Shown: positions 1 to 13,676 of the stretch, in pieces
How the letters are laid out: every line of letters starts with the position of its first letter
Numbering within the stretch: the stretch's first letter is position 1
From: Spirochaetales bacterium
Lineage (GTDB): Bacteria > Spirochaetota > Spirochaetia > JABEVK01
Assembly (NCBI GenBank): GCA_037142615.1
Contig: JBAXAI010000012.1
Location: 1 to 64,000 of the forward strand
DNA length: 64,000 nt
Direction: 5' to 3'
The notes under the pieces: model-generated
Databases searched by the model: none
Told to the model about the DNA's origin: nothing
Seen by the model: only the letters and a program-made list of their open reading frames with translations
Program-made: the position numbers and the translations under genes

Positions 1-1284
1 CTGCTGGCTCCCCAGCATCGGCGTCCGTTTGCCCTGAACTATCTGGTTTTTGTTTCCGGAATCAGCTTGGGTCTGAGTCTGGGCCTCGAAGGGCTTCGCT
101 GGCAAATGATCCCCGCGATCGTCCTCATCCTCCTCGACCTCTTTCTGCTTTTTCCTACCTTCGCGACATTGCGGGGCCGACTTCCTGCCAAGGGGCTGTT
201 GCCAGCACTGAGGGGCTTTGGACGGTCTTTCATTGCGTCGTGCCTTTTTTTGGTGGCGGTGGCCTCGCTGGCCCTTTGCGTCCTGTTCCCGTTACCCCGT
301 GTTCCGCTGACAGGGGGGCTGGCTGTTTCCGTACGTACCGTTCACTTTGCGGCAACTGCAACACAACCCTCGCTCGAGGCACTTGTCTGGTACCCGGCTT
401 CGGGAAACTCCTTGCCACTTCCGGGCCCCGAGACGAGCGCGGCGACCTGGCAAGAAACACGCGAGCGCGGCGGGTTGCCGGTCTATTGGCAGTCGTACCT
501 GCAGTACAGTCCGGCCCGTTACATTCAGGGTGGGCGCATGGCTCAGCAGGGCATACGCTATCCCGCGGTACTGTTCACCGTCCCGGCAGGCGATTCTTCA
601 GTCGACTTCTCGTGGTTGCTGTCAGATCTGGCGAGCCGGGGCTTCGTGGTGATTTCGGCCCGCACGAGCGGCGCAAGCTCGGCCTTGCCGGCCTTCTCGT
701 GGGCGTCGGTTCAAGCACAGCTGGCTGAACCCTTTAGCAGTCCTTTGGTGTGGCTCGAACCGGAAGCCCATCTGGAGTCGGCTCAACTCCCGGCCTCACC
801 GGTTAGTGTTGTCACGCTCAAGAAGGCCCTCTTGGCGCTCGCGAATCAACCAGGTGATGTGCTTTTTAGCGCAATTGATCCAGATCGGATCGCCTGGATG
901 GCTTGGCGCGGCGCGCGTGACGAACCTCAAGGGGCTGAACTCAGAGCTGTCGTGAAACTTGGCGAGCAACCGCAAGGGCCTCGAACGTCTTCGCTGCCGG
1001 AACTGTGGGTGACCGGCCAGGCCAGCGCCAGTGACTCGGCTCTCGACAAGCATCGTTGGGTGTTATTGCTGGACTCGCTTAGGCGGGCCGACCTTACCGA
1101 TGCAGCCTTCTGGAAGCCCTACCTGGTTTTTTTCGGGCTCAAGTCGCAGGCCGACGGCAGAGCACATGCCATCGTCAGGGAGTATGTCGCTGCCTTCCTG
1201 CAGTATTCCCTGTGGGGTGGCGACGCCTCGCTGCTCGATGCGGCCTCTTCACCGGTTCCCGGCGTGCGGTTGTTGCACCAGTAG
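1..1284 (+). CDS. Membrane-anchored alpha/beta-hydrolase-fold protein (PAF-acetylhydrolase-like), 5' truncated by window edge
   Basis: Frame open from base 1; N-terminal TM helices; 'EGLRWQMIP', 'VWYPA', 'LASRGFVV' family motifs; GxSxG nucleophile elbow appears degenerate. Confidence 0.6.
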   Translation: MLAPQHRRPFALNYLVFVSGISLGLSLGLEGLRWQMIPAIVLILLDLFLLFPTFATLRGRLPAKGLLPALRGFGRSFIASCLFLVAVASLALCVLFPLPRVPLTGGLAVSVRTVHFAATATQPSLEALVWYPASGNSLPLPGPETSAATWQETRERGGLPVYWQSYLQYSPARYIQGGRMAQQGIRYPAVLFTVPAGDSSVDFSWLLSDLASRGFVVISARTSGASSALPAFSWASVQAQLAEPFSSPLVWLEPEAHLESAQLPASPVSVVTLKKALLALANQPGDVLFSAIDPDRIAWMAWRGARDEPQGAELRAVVKLGEQPQGPRTSSLPELWVTGQASASDSALDKHRWVLLLDSLRRADLTDAAFWKPYLVFFGLKSQADGRAHAIVREYVAAFLQYSLWGGDASLLDAASSPVPGVRLLHQ

Positions 1285-2346
1285 ATCGTCCCACACCAGG
1301 CCCTCTCCCGCCCCGATATCACGGGTCAGCACCCGTCCCACAACGGCTTCGCGCCAGTGCGGGGCCAAACCGGGCCGGAGGACTTTTTCTGTTCGAAGTT
1401 CGGCGACCATCTCAGCGGACAAAACTTGCCCCTTTTTTAGGGCCGCGATGACGTGGAGCGAGCGATTTGTCCTTTCGTAGTTCGCTGCCTCGGCAGGTGC
1501 CAGGCGCTTGCGCCCCGTGCCGAGAACGGCCTCCACGCGAGCGGTGCCAAACTGTGCGTCAACGGCCGCGCGCTTTTGGTCCGGGGCAAGGACTTCGACG
1601 CGGCGGACACTTTTGACCATGGCACCAAACAATTGCGGATCCAAGGCAATTGGGTCGTCCAGACCGACATCCTGACGGCTGAGACAGAAGTGTTTTTCGA
1701 GCAGCGTAGCCCCGGCGAGGAGGCCGACCAATGGAACAAGTTCCGCGTCGAGGGAATGATCCGAAATGCCGACCGGGCAACCAAAAAGCACCGCCATCGG
1801 TTCCAGGACTCGAAGGTTGTACTCTTCGGGGGGCGCGGGGTAGGCCGTTATGCAGTGCAGCAGCGATACCGGCAAACCTTCGAGGAGGTTCACGGCAGCC
1901 TCGATGTCGCCCAAGGTGCTGACACCGCTCGAGAGAATCACCGGCTTTCCGAACGAGCGCAACTCCGTGAGGAGCGGTAGGTGATTGAGTTCAGGCGAAG
2001 CCACTTTGAAAGCGCTGACTTGAAGATTCTGAAGCAAGCGAGCGGATCTTACCCCGAACGGAGAGGCCAGAAAGTCCATTCCAGCCGCTTCGGTCTCGTC
2101 CTTCAGGAATCGGTAGAAGTCCTCGTCCTGCTCCACCTCGCGAAACTTGTCGTAGAGCCGAACGCGGCCACCGGGAAGGTCGAGCTCGCCCGTGAGCGGA
2201 TGGATGATTTCGTCGGCGAACACAACCTGAAACTTGGCGCAGTCGGCACCCGCTTCCGCCGCCGCGAAAATGAGTTCGCGAGCTTTTCTGCGGTCACCCA
2301 GGTGACTGGTTCCAATTTCAGCGATGACATACAGGGGCTTTTCCAC
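1249..2346 (-). CDS. N-acetylneuraminate synthase family protein (NeuB/SpsE/PseI) with C-terminal SAF domain
   Basis: IAEIGTSH, AKFQ, FKVAS, LLHCITAYP, GISDHS, LEKHF motifs; C-terminal RSLH...RPGLAP. Confidence 0.92.
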   Translation of the reverse strand: MEKPLYVIAEIGTSHLGDRRKARELIFAAAEAGADCAKFQVVFADEIIHPLTGELDLPGGRVRLYDKFREVEQDEDFYRFLKDETEAAGMDFLASPFGVRSARLLQNLQVSAFKVASPELNHLPLLTELRSFGKPVILSSGVSTLGDIEAAVNLLEGLPVSLLHCITAYPAPPEEYNLRVLEPMAVLFGCPVGISDHSLDAELVPLVGLLAGATLLEKHFCLSRQDVGLDDPIALDPQLFGAMVKSVRRVEVLAPDQKRAAVDAQFGTARVEAVLGTGRKRLAPAEAANYERTNRSLHVIAALKKGQVLSAEMVAELRTEKVLRPGLAPHWREAVVGRVLTRDIGAGEGLVWDDLLVQQPHAGNR

Positions 2347-2351
2347 AGTAC

Positions 2352-3629
2352 CTACTTGCGGGGGCGAATGAGGTCGAAGCCGGTGTAGGGAACCAACCGC
2401 GCCGGGATTCGAACCGAACCATCAGCCTGCTGGAAGTTTTCCAGAATGGAGATGATGCCGCGACTGACGGCCATGGCGGTTCCGTTGAGCATATGTACTG
2501 GACGATTGCGCCCCTGGGCGTCCTTGTAGCGGATTCCCAAGCGTCGGGCTTGGAAGTCGGTGCAGTTCGAGGTCGAGGTCACCTCGCCATACTCCCCGTC
2601 GCCACGTCCGGGCATCCAAGCTTCCAGGTCGTACTTGCGGTAGGCAGGTGCCCCAAGGTCGCCCGTGCAGGTGTCGACAACGCGGAAGGGAATCTCGAGC
2701 GCCGTGAAGATTTCTTCCTCGATTTCGCGGATCGTCTCGTGGAGAGCATCCGATTCTTCCGGTCGGCACAGGGCAAACATCTCGACCTTGGTGAACTGAT
2801 GCACCCGATAGAGGCCTTTGGAAAACTGCCCGTGAGCACCGGCTTCCCGCCGAAAACAGTGGGACAGTCCCGCCATGAGAATCGGCCCTTGGCTGACATC
2901 GACGATCTGCTCGGCGTAGTAGCCGCCGAGTGTGATCTCGGCCGTTCCGACCAAGCAGGTATCGGTCCCTTCGAGGGGGTAAATATTCGACTCGGCGCCT
3001 CGGGGATTGAAGCCGATGCCCGTCAGCACTTCTTCACGTGCGATATCGGGTGTGATGAACGGCGTGAACCCCTTTTTGACAACCAGATCCAAGGCAAACC
3101 GAACCAGCGCGAGTTCCAAAAACACGCCTTCATTCTTAAGGAAGTAGAACTTGGTACCAGACACCTTGGTTCCGGCCTCGAAGTCGATGATGTCGAGCTT
3201 TTCGCCCAGCTGAACGTGGTCCAAAGGAGTGAAGGTAAACTTTGTGGGGGCCCCGACCCGCTTCACTTCGGGGTTCTCGACATCGGTCTTTCCGACGGGG
3301 GCCGCTGGATGGGCCATGTTGGGAATCTGCATCAGGGCCGCCTTGAGGCGTGGCTCCAGCTCAGCCAAAGTGACCTCGAGCAAAGAGATAGACTCCTTGA
3401 GAACCTTGCCTTCGTCGATCAACGACTGGCGTTGTTCGGGCTCGAGCTTTCCCTTCATCTTCGAGGCGTTGTCGTTTCGGGCGGCGCGTTTGGCCTCTAG
3501 GGCCTGAATCGTCTTGGAGCGTTCCTCATGAAGGGCTACCGTTCCCCGAGCATCGGCCTGCATGTTCCGGTTGCGTATGTTGGCCTCGACGGCTTCGAGG
3601 TTGTCGCGGATGAAGGTGATATCAAGCAT
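2352..3629 (-). CDS. serS: Serine--tRNA ligase
   Basis: MLD start, N-terminal coiled coil, GTAE, FRREAG, GLYRVHQF, YDLEAW, EVTSTSNCTDFQARR, LNGT. Confidence 0.98.
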   Translation of the reverse strand: MLDITFIRDNLEAVEANIRNRNMQADARGTVALHEERSKTIQALEAKRAARNDNASKMKGKLEPEQRQSLIDEGKVLKESISLLEVTLAELEPRLKAALMQIPNMAHPAAPVGKTDVENPEVKRVGAPTKFTFTPLDHVQLGEKLDIIDFEAGTKVSGTKFYFLKNEGVFLELALVRFALDLVVKKGFTPFITPDIAREEVLTGIGFNPRGAESNIYPLEGTDTCLVGTAEITLGGYYAEQIVDVSQGPILMAGLSHCFRREAGAHGQFSKGLYRVHQFTKVEMFALCRPEESDALHETIREIEEEIFTALEIPFRVVDTCTGDLGAPAYRKYDLEAWMPGRGDGEYGEVTSTSNCTDFQARRLGIRYKDAQGRNRPVHMLNGTAMAVSRGIISILENFQQADGSVRIPARLVPYTGFDLIRPRK

Positions 3630-3635
3630 GGGGCG

Positions 3636-3641
3636 ATTGTA
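3636..3641 (-). promoter_or_regulatory. -10 box TACAAT 6 nt upstream of the serS ATG (probable leaderless promoter)
   Basis: Minus strand reads TACAAT-cgcccc-ATG; no SD. Confidence 0.6.
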
Positions 3642-3650
3642 GCGAAAAAC

Positions 3651-4109
3651 TTAGGATTGTTCAAAGAGGCGCAGCGTGACGGTGATCTCTTTGGGGCTGC
3701 GGCATTTAATCAGGGTTGGAAAAAACTCCGGATTAATCAGAAGCAGCGCCACGTGCTTGAGAACGTGGATATGCTCGTCAGGGCTATCAAGGTCGCCGAG
3801 CAAAAAGAAGACGACATGAACTGGCTCCCCGTCGAGAGAGTTGTACTCAATACCCTGGCGTGAGAGGCCCAGGACGCCGATGGTCTCGCCCAAGCCTGGG
3901 ATGTTCGTGTGTGGAAGAGCCACGCCCAAGGCAATACCGGTGGTCATTTGCCGCTCACGTTGCCACAAGTTTTCCAGCAACAGTTCCTTGGCCAGGGATT
4001 CGCGCTTTGCTGCCACGAAACCGCAGATTTCCTTAAAAAGGTCATCTTTGTTGCGGCTCTTCAGATCGGGGAGAATCCATTCAGCCGGAAAAAGTTCAGA
4101 GATGAACAC
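3651..4109 (-). CDS. PTS IIA component (fructose/Ntr family)
   Basis: RERQMTTGI..GVALPH phospho-His motif; SLDGEPVH. Confidence 0.92.
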   Translation of the reverse strand: MFISELFPAEWILPDLKSRNKDDLFKEICGFVAAKRESLAKELLLENLWQRERQMTTGIALGVALPHTNIPGLGETIGVLGLSRQGIEYNSLDGEPVHVVFFLLGDLDSPDEHIHVLKHVALLLINPEFFPTLIKCRSPKEITVTLRLFEQS

Positions 4110-4113
4110 GATC

Positions 4114-4530
4114 TTACTTCTGGTGGGACCTATACTTCTCGATGGTCGAGAGCTGGCTGATCATCTGCGACAGTTTGACTTCGATTTCGGCGTAGTTCAT
4201 TTTGTCTTGCTTATTTCGCAGCATTTCTTCGGCCTGACTCTTCGCTTCCAGAATCGCGGCCTCATCCAAATCCTGGGCCCGCACCGAAGCATCGGAAAGC
4301 ACAATAACCCCGCCGGGCTGAACCTCGACGACCCCGCCTGACACGTAAAAATGGTGCCGTTCCCCGTTGGAATCTTGAACCATCACATCGCCCGATTTCA
4401 GATAAGTGATCAGAGGAGTGTGGCCGGAACGAACTCCCAGTTCCCCTTGAGAACCGGGAATCACCACGAAGTCGGCCGAACCCGACCAAATGGCACGTTC
4501 CGCACTGACAATTTCGACGGTAAGCGGCAT
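4114..4530 (-). CDS. atpC: F1Fo ATP synthase epsilon subunit
   Basis: VEIVSAE, GELGV..GHTPL, SGGVVEVQP; start placed at the ATG after SD AAGGA. Confidence 0.95.
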   Translation of the reverse strand: MPLTVEIVSAERAIWSGSADFVVIPGSQGELGVRSGHTPLITYLKSGDVMVQDSNGERHHFYVSGGVVEVQPGGVIVLSDASVRAQDLDEAAILEAKSQAEEMLRNKQDKMNYAEIEVKLSQMISQLSTIEKYRSHQK

Positions 4531-4540
4531 GCTGGCTTCC

Positions 4541-6857
<2,317 letters not shown>

Positions 6858-6863
6858 GCTGTT

Positions 6864-8405
6864 CTACCAGGTCCCCGTGGCTTTGAACGCCTTCAGAGCT
6901 TCGTCCAGACCCTTCTGGATTTCGTCGCTGAAGTCGCCCTTCTCGTTGATCTTGCTCAAAAGGGCTTTGTGTCCGCCCTCGAGGAACGCGTGCAGTTCCT
7001 TTTCAAAGTTGACGATCTTCTTGACGTCGACGCTGTCGAGGTACCCCTTGTTTGCTGCGAAAAGCGAAGCGGCCATCAGACCAACGTTGAGCGGCGCAAA
7101 CTGCCCTTGCTTCATCAGTTCGGTGACGCGCTTGCCTCGCTCAATTTGTCGCTGGGTCGCTTCGTCAAGGTCGGAACTGAATTGGGTGAAGGCGGCCAAC
7201 TCACGGTATTGGGCTAAGTCCATGCGCACCGACGACCCGAGCTTCTTGATGATTTTCGTTTGGGCATCGCCACCGACTCGACTTACCGAGAGGCCAGCGT
7301 TGACGGCCGGTCTTTGGCCCGCGTTAAACAGGTTGGTCTCAAGGTAGATTTGCCCATCGGTGATTGAAATGACGTTGGTTGGAACGAAGGCCGAAACGTC
7401 GCCACCCTGTGTTTCGATGATGGGGAGAGCCGTGAGCGATCCCGTCTTTCCGGTAACCTTGCCACCGGTGAGCTTGGCGACCTCGACCTCATTGATGCGG
7501 CTGGCGCGTTCCAGCAAGCGGGAGTGCAGGTAGAACACGTCGCCAGGGTACGCTTCGCGTCCCGGGGGTCGCCTCAGCAGGAGGGATATCTGACGATAGG
7601 CCCAAGCCTGCTTCGTCAAGTCGTCATAGACGATGAGGGAGTCTTCCCCCTTATCGCGGAAGTACTCGCCCATGGTGCAGCCGGAATAGGGCGCAATGTA
7701 CTGGAGGGCAGCGGATTCGGAAGCCGAAGCAACAACCACAATCGTGTGACCCATAGCGCCGGCATCCTCGAGGCGCTTAACCACTGCCGCGATTGAACTT
7801 TGCTTCTGGCCAATGGCAACGTAAATACACTTAACGCCGTTGCCCTTCTGATTGATGATGGTGTCAATGGCGATAGCCGTTTTGCCCGTTTGACGGTCAC
7901 CGATGATCAGCTCCCGCTGGCCTCGGCCGATGGGGATCATGGAGTCGATCGCCTTGATGCCGGTCTGCATGGGTTGACTGACATGCTCGCGGGAAATGAC
8001 CCCGGGGGCGATCTTTTCGATGGCTGAGCGCTCGGTGGCCGCGATGGGACCATGGCCGTCGATCGGGTCGCCAAGCGCGTTCACCACACGACCAAGGAGC
8101 GCCTCACCGACGGGAACGTCGAGGACACGCCCGGTGGACCGAACGATATCGCCTTCGGACAGGTGACGCCAGCGGCCCAAGACGACCGCGCCGACGAAAT
8201 CGGACTCTAGGTTGAGGGCCAAAGCGCTCGTGCCGCCGGGCAATTCCAGCAGTTCGCCTTGCAGGGCCTGCGACAGGCCCTCGATACGAACAATGCCGTC
8301 GCTAATGCTGAGGATAGTTCCTTCAGTCCGGACGACGGGCTGCAAGTCCGCTTTCTGGATCCGTTCTTTGATCAGGGCGGTAATTTCGGTAGGATTCAAT
8401 TGCAT
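6864..8405 (-). CDS. atpA: F1Fo ATP synthase alpha subunit
   Basis: [31 protein letters not shown]. Confidence 0.99.
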   Translation of the reverse strand: MQLNPTEITALIKERIQKADLQPVVRTEGTILSISDGIVRIEGLSQALQGELLELPGGTSALALNLESDFVGAVVLGRWRHLSEGDIVRSTGRVLDVPVGEALLGRVVNALGDPIDGHGPIAATERSAIEKIAPGVISREHVSQPMQTGIKAIDSMIPIGRGQRELIIGDRQTGKTAIAIDTIINQKGNGVKCIYVAIGQKQSSIAAVVKRLEDAGAMGHTIVVVASASESAALQYIAPYSGCTMGEYFRDKGEDSLIVYDDLTKQAWAYRQISLLLRRPPGREAYPGDVFYLHSRLLERASRINEVEVAKLTGGKVTGKTGSLTALPIIETQGGDVSAFVPTNVISITDGQIYLETNLFNAGQRPAVNAGLSVSRVGGDAQTKIIKKLGSSVRMDLAQYRELAAFTQFSSDLDEATQRQIERGKRVTELMKQGQFAPLNVGLMAASLFAANKGYLDSVDVKKIVNFEKELHAFLEGGHKALLSKINEKGDFSDEIQKGLDEALKAFKATGTW

Positions 8406-8418
8406 TGCTTACTCCACC

Positions 8419-8949
8419 TCACTGAATGAGGTTTTCCCTCAATTTTTCCAAGGACCCTTTGAGGGACCCGTCGTAGACCAGATCTTTCACCCGTCCGACC
8501 ACGCCACCCCGAATCAAGGGATCGACCCGGTAATGGGGAATCAGCTTTTGCTTGTACAGGCCTTCAAACCACTGGTGCAGTTGGGCGTGTTCGGCGTCGT
8601 TCAACTCCACCGCCGAAACCACGAACAAAACGCCAAACCCGTGCAATTCCACCATTAAGTCGGCAAAATGGAAGCGAATGTCCGAAAGCGAACTCAGCCT
8701 TTTGTTCTTGAGCAAAAGCGACAGGAGCGCCCAAGTTTCAGGTTCGAGGCCGTCCCCGAGAATGGATTGCAACCATTCCACGGCCTTGGGACCGGACATT
8801 CTACTGACAACTTTCAAAATCTCGCGGTCATGGAAGACCATGTCGAGCACCTGCAACCGATGAAGCCAAAGGCCACGCTGAATCTTGTCTGCGGAGAGCT
8901 CAAACAGTGCCCGGGCATAGGGCTTGGCGATGGACTTCGATACGCTCAC
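8419..8949 (-). CDS. atpH: F1Fo ATP synthase delta subunit
   Basis: IAKPYARALF, SAVEL, VDPLIRGG..DGSLKG; position in operon. Confidence 0.93.
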   Translation of the reverse strand: MSVSKSIAKPYARALFELSADKIQRGLWLHRLQVLDMVFHDREILKVVSRMSGPKAVEWLQSILGDGLEPETWALLSLLLKNKRLSSLSDIRFHFADLMVELHGFGVLFVVSAVELNDAEHAQLHQWFEGLYKQKLIPHYRVDPLIRGGVVGRVKDLVYDGSLKGSLEKLRENLIQ

Positions 8950-8951
8950 GG

Positions 8952-9425
8952 TCAGCCCCAGGACTTCACGAGCTTGCCAACCATCTCGTGATGTTTCTTG
9001 TCATCCAGCTCTTCGTGCACGACGTGGCCGGCCGCCTTCAGGGCCAAACCGGCAATCTCGTTGTAAAGTTGGTGCTTGGCGGCCTTGATCTGCACCTCAA
9101 GCTCTTCGTGGGCATGCGTGATGATCGCCGCCGCTTCGCGTCGACTTTCTTCATTGGCCTTGTCGATCAGGGTCAAAGCACGTTCTTCAGCCTGCCGCAC
9201 GATCGTCGCCGACTGCTCTCGGGCACGACTGAGAAGGGCTTCGCCTTCCCGCCGAGCCAATTCGACGGCCTGTCGTGCCTGGTCGGCAGAAGACAACCCT
9301 TCAATAATCTGTGCGCGACGTTTCTCGAGGGCACGAGACACGGGTGGCCAGACAACGAAAAGGTTGAAGAGGACGAAGACCACAAAAGTCAGCATTTCGA
9401 CGATCAGGGTGGCGTTAATGTTCAT
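8952..9425 (-). CDS. atpF: F1Fo ATP synthase subunit b
   Basis: MNINATL..FVVWPP..LEKR, single TM plus coiled coil. Confidence 0.96.
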   Translation of the reverse strand: MNINATLIVEMLTFVVFVLFNLFVVWPPVSRALEKRRAQIIEGLSSADQARQAVELARREGEALLSRAREQSATIVRQAEERALTLIDKANEESRREAAAIITHAHEELEVQIKAAKHQLYNEIAGLALKAAGHVVHEELDDKKHHEMVGKLVKSWG

Positions 9426-9449
9426 GATAAACCTTGATAGCGGAAGAGA

Positions 9450-11008
<1,559 letters not shown>

Positions 11009-11021
11009 AGATTCACTTTTG

Positions 11022-11088
11022 ATCTTCGACGATCCGGGATTGGTTGTCAAGAAAAATTCCTGACAAGACAGCCCCTGAGGATTATAGT
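11022..11088. promoter_or_regulatory. Back-to-back sigma70-type promoters for the atp operon (-) and the decarboxylase (+)
   Basis: Minus: TTGACA(11050-11045)-17-GAAGAT(11027-11022); plus: CTGACA(11060-65)-17-TATAGT(11083-88). Confidence 0.6.
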
Positions 11089-11121
11089 CATGCCATCTTG
11101 AACCGGCTCGGGAGGCCCTGC

Positions 11122-13374
11122 GTGAAGTTCCATTTTCCCATCATCATCATCGACGAGGATTTTCGCTCGGAGAATGCGAGCGGACTCGGGATCCGGGCGC
11201 TCGCCAAGGCGCTGGAAGTCGAAGGCGTCGAATGCCTTGGGGTAACCAGCTATGGCGACCTGACGAGCTTCGTGCAGCAACAGAGCCGCGCGGGCGGCTT
11301 CATCCTTTCGATCGATGACGAGGAACTGGCGGCCCGGGACGACGGCGAGCCGCCCGAGGCCCTGCGCCAGTTGGCCGCTTTTGTCGAAGAGATCCGCTTC
11401 CGCAACTCGGATATTCCGTTGTTTCTGTACGGAGAGACCCGCACGAGCCGCCATATTCCCAACGCGATTTTGAAGGAACTTCACGGCTTCATCCACATGT
11501 TTGAAGACACGCCGGAGTTTGTGGCGCGCTACATCATCCGCGAGTCGAAGGCCTACCTCGACAGCCTGCCCCCGCCCTTCTTCCGCGCGCTCACGGCCTA
11601 CGCCCACGATGGCAGCTACAGTTGGCATTGCCCGGGGCATTCCGGTGGCGTGGCGTTCTTGAAAAGTCCGGTGGGCCAGATGTTCCACCAGTTCTTTGGC
11701 GAAAACATGCTGAGGGCCGACGTCTGCAACGCGGTTGACGAGCTCGGCCAACTGCTCGACCACACGGGACCGGTGGCTGCCAGCGAGCGCAACGCGGCGC
11801 GCATCTTTCAGTGCGACAGTTTGTTTTTTGTCACCAACGGCACCTCGACCAGCAACAAGATCGTGTGGCATTCGACCGTGGCGCCGGGCGACGTGGTCGT
11901 GGTGGACCGTAACTGCCACAAGTCGATTCTGCACGCTATCGTTATGACGGGCGCGATTCCCGTGTTCCTGATGCCGACGCGCAACCATTTTGGCATCATC
12001 GGCCCGATTCCCAAGAGCGAGTTCCAGTGGGAAACCATTGAAAAGAAGATCGCCAACCACCCGTTTGCCAGCAAGGCCAAGGGCAAGCCCCGCATCCTGA
12101 CGATCACCCAGAGCACGTACGACGGCGTCCTTTATAATGTGGAAGACATCAAGGGCATGCTCGACGGAAAGATCGACACCTTGCACTTCGACGAGGCTTG
12201 GCTGCCGCACGCCGCGTTCCACGAGTTCTACAAGGGCATGCACGCCATCGGCGCCGGCCGCCCGCGCACAAAAGAGAGCATGATTTTCAGCACCCAGTCG
12301 ACGCACAAAATGTTGGCGGGGCTCAGCCAGGCCAGCCAGATTCTGGTGCAAAACAGCGACGCGCAGGAACTCGACCGCGACGTGTTCAACGAGGCCTTCC
12401 TGATGCACACCAGCACCAGCCCCCAGTACGCCATCATCGCCAGCTGCGACGTGGCTGCCGCCATGATGGAGTCTCCCGGTGGTCCTGCCCTGGTGGAAGA
12501 GTCGATCAAGGAAGCCCTCGACTTCCGCCGTGCCATGCGCAAGGTCGATGCCGAGTGGGGCGCCGACTGGTGGTTCCAGGTGTGGGGTCCCGAAGAGCTG
12601 ACCGAGGAGTCGGTGGGCAACCGCGAAGACTGGATGCTCAAGGCCAACGACCAATGGCACGGCTTTGGCAACCTGGCCGAAGGGTTCAACCTGCTCGACC
12701 CGATCAAGGCCACCGTCATCACCCCCGGACTCAACGTCGACGGCGACTTCAGCGACTGGGGTGTGCCGGCGCTGATCCTGACCAAGTACCTGACCGAGCA
12801 CGGCATCGTTGTCGAGAAGACCGGCCTCTACAGCTTCTTCATCATGTTCACCATTGGCATCACCAAGGGCCGGTGGAACACCATGGTGACCGAACTGCAA
12901 CAGTTCAAGGACGACTACGACCGCAACCAGCCGCTGTGGCGCGTCATGCCTGAGTTTGTCGCCGCTTACCCTCGCTACGACCGCATCGGGCTCAAGGACT
13001 TGTGTCAGCAGATGCACGAGATGAACCGGGCCAACGATGTGGCGCACCTGACCACCCTGATGTACACCAGCGAAATGATGCCCGTGATGCGACCGGCTGA
13101 CGCCTACGCCCGAATGGCGCACCGCGAGATCGACCGCGTGCCCATTGACGAGCTGGAGGGCCGCGTGACAGCCGTGCTGCTGACGCCCTACCCGCCTGGA
13201 ATCCCGCTGCTGATTCCCGGCGAGAGCTTCAACAACACGATCATCGACTACCTGAGGTTCGCGCGCAGCTTCAATGAGGCGTTCCCGGGGTTTGAAACCG
13301 ACATTCACGGTCTTGTCGAAATGAAAAGCGCCGACGGAAAGACGCGCTACTATGTGGACTGCGTGAAAGAGTAG
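11122..13374 (+). CDS. Lysine/ornithine/arginine decarboxylase, wing-domain type (LdcA-like)
   Basis: SD GGAGG then GTG; IIIIDEDFRSENASG wing domain, HCPGHSGG, DRNCHKS, HFDEAW, QSTHK PLP-Lys, PYPPGIP; substrate not determinable from sequence. Confidence 0.93.
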   Translation: MKFHFPIIIIDEDFRSENASGLGIRALAKALEVEGVECLGVTSYGDLTSFVQQQSRAGGFILSIDDEELAARDDGEPPEALRQLAAFVEEIRFRNSDIPLFLYGETRTSRHIPNAILKELHGFIHMFEDTPEFVARYIIRESKAYLDSLPPPFFRALTAYAHDGSYSWHCPGHSGGVAFLKSPVGQMFHQFFGENMLRADVCNAVDELGQLLDHTGPVAASERNAARIFQCDSLFFVTNGTSTSNKIVWHSTVAPGDVVVVDRNCHKSILHAIVMTGAIPVFLMPTRNHFGIIGPIPKSEFQWETIEKKIANHPFASKAKGKPRILTITQSTYDGVLYNVEDIKGMLDGKIDTLHFDEAWLPHAAFHEFYKGMHAIGAGRPRTKESMIFSTQSTHKMLAGLSQASQILVQNSDAQELDRDVFNEAFLMHTSTSPQYAIIASCDVAAAMMESPGGPALVEESIKEALDFRRAMRKVDAEWGADWWFQVWGPEELTEESVGNREDWMLKANDQWHGFGNLAEGFNLLDPIKATVITPGLNVDGDFSDWGVPALILTKYLTEHGIVVEKTGLYSFFIMFTIGITKGRWNTMVTELQQFKDDYDRNQPLWRVMPEFVAAYPRYDRIGLKDLCQQMHEMNRANDVAHLTTLMYTSEMMPVMRPADAYARMAHREIDRVPIDELEGRVTAVLLTPYPPGIPLLIPGESFNNTIIDYLRFARSFNEAFPGFETDIHGLVEMKSADGKTRYYVDCVKE

Positions 13375-13386
13375 AGGAGAGTGACC

Positions 13387-13668
13387 ATGCTGAAAGTGAA
13401 CGAGTATTTTGAGGGCAAAGTGAAGTCCATCGGGCTCACAGCCGACGGCAACAAGGCCACCGTGGGCGTGATGGCCCCTGGCGATTACGAGTTCGGTACC
13501 GGCTCGATCGAGATCATGAAGGTGATCGCCGGCAAGCTGACTGTGAAACTGCCGGGAACCAAGGACTGGAAGGACTTCGGCCCCGGGACCGAGTTCCGCG
13601 TCGAAGCCAACGTGAAGTTCCAGCTCAAAGTGCCGGTGGACACGGCCTACCTGTGCCTGTACCTGTAA
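13387..13668 (+). CDS. ppnP: Pyrimidine/purine nucleoside phosphorylase (YaiE/DUF1255)
   Basis: [36 protein letters not shown]. Confidence 0.92.
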   Translation: MLKVNEYFEGKVKSIGLTADGNKATVGVMAPGDYEFGTGSIEIMKVIAGKLTVKLPGTKDWKDFGPGTEFRVEANVKFQLKVPVDTAYLCLYL

Positions 13669-13676
13669 AGAGGGGC

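Noticed and set aside
11044-11066. Rex-like operator between atp and the decarboxylase
   Set aside because: Spacing and sequence do not fit TTGTGAA-N4-TTCACAA; explained by two divergent -35 boxes
11047-13308. Long antisense ORFs (also at 33355, 37724, 40972, 55030, 57246 and others)
   Set aside because: Shadow frames of high-GC genes with no recognisable motifs
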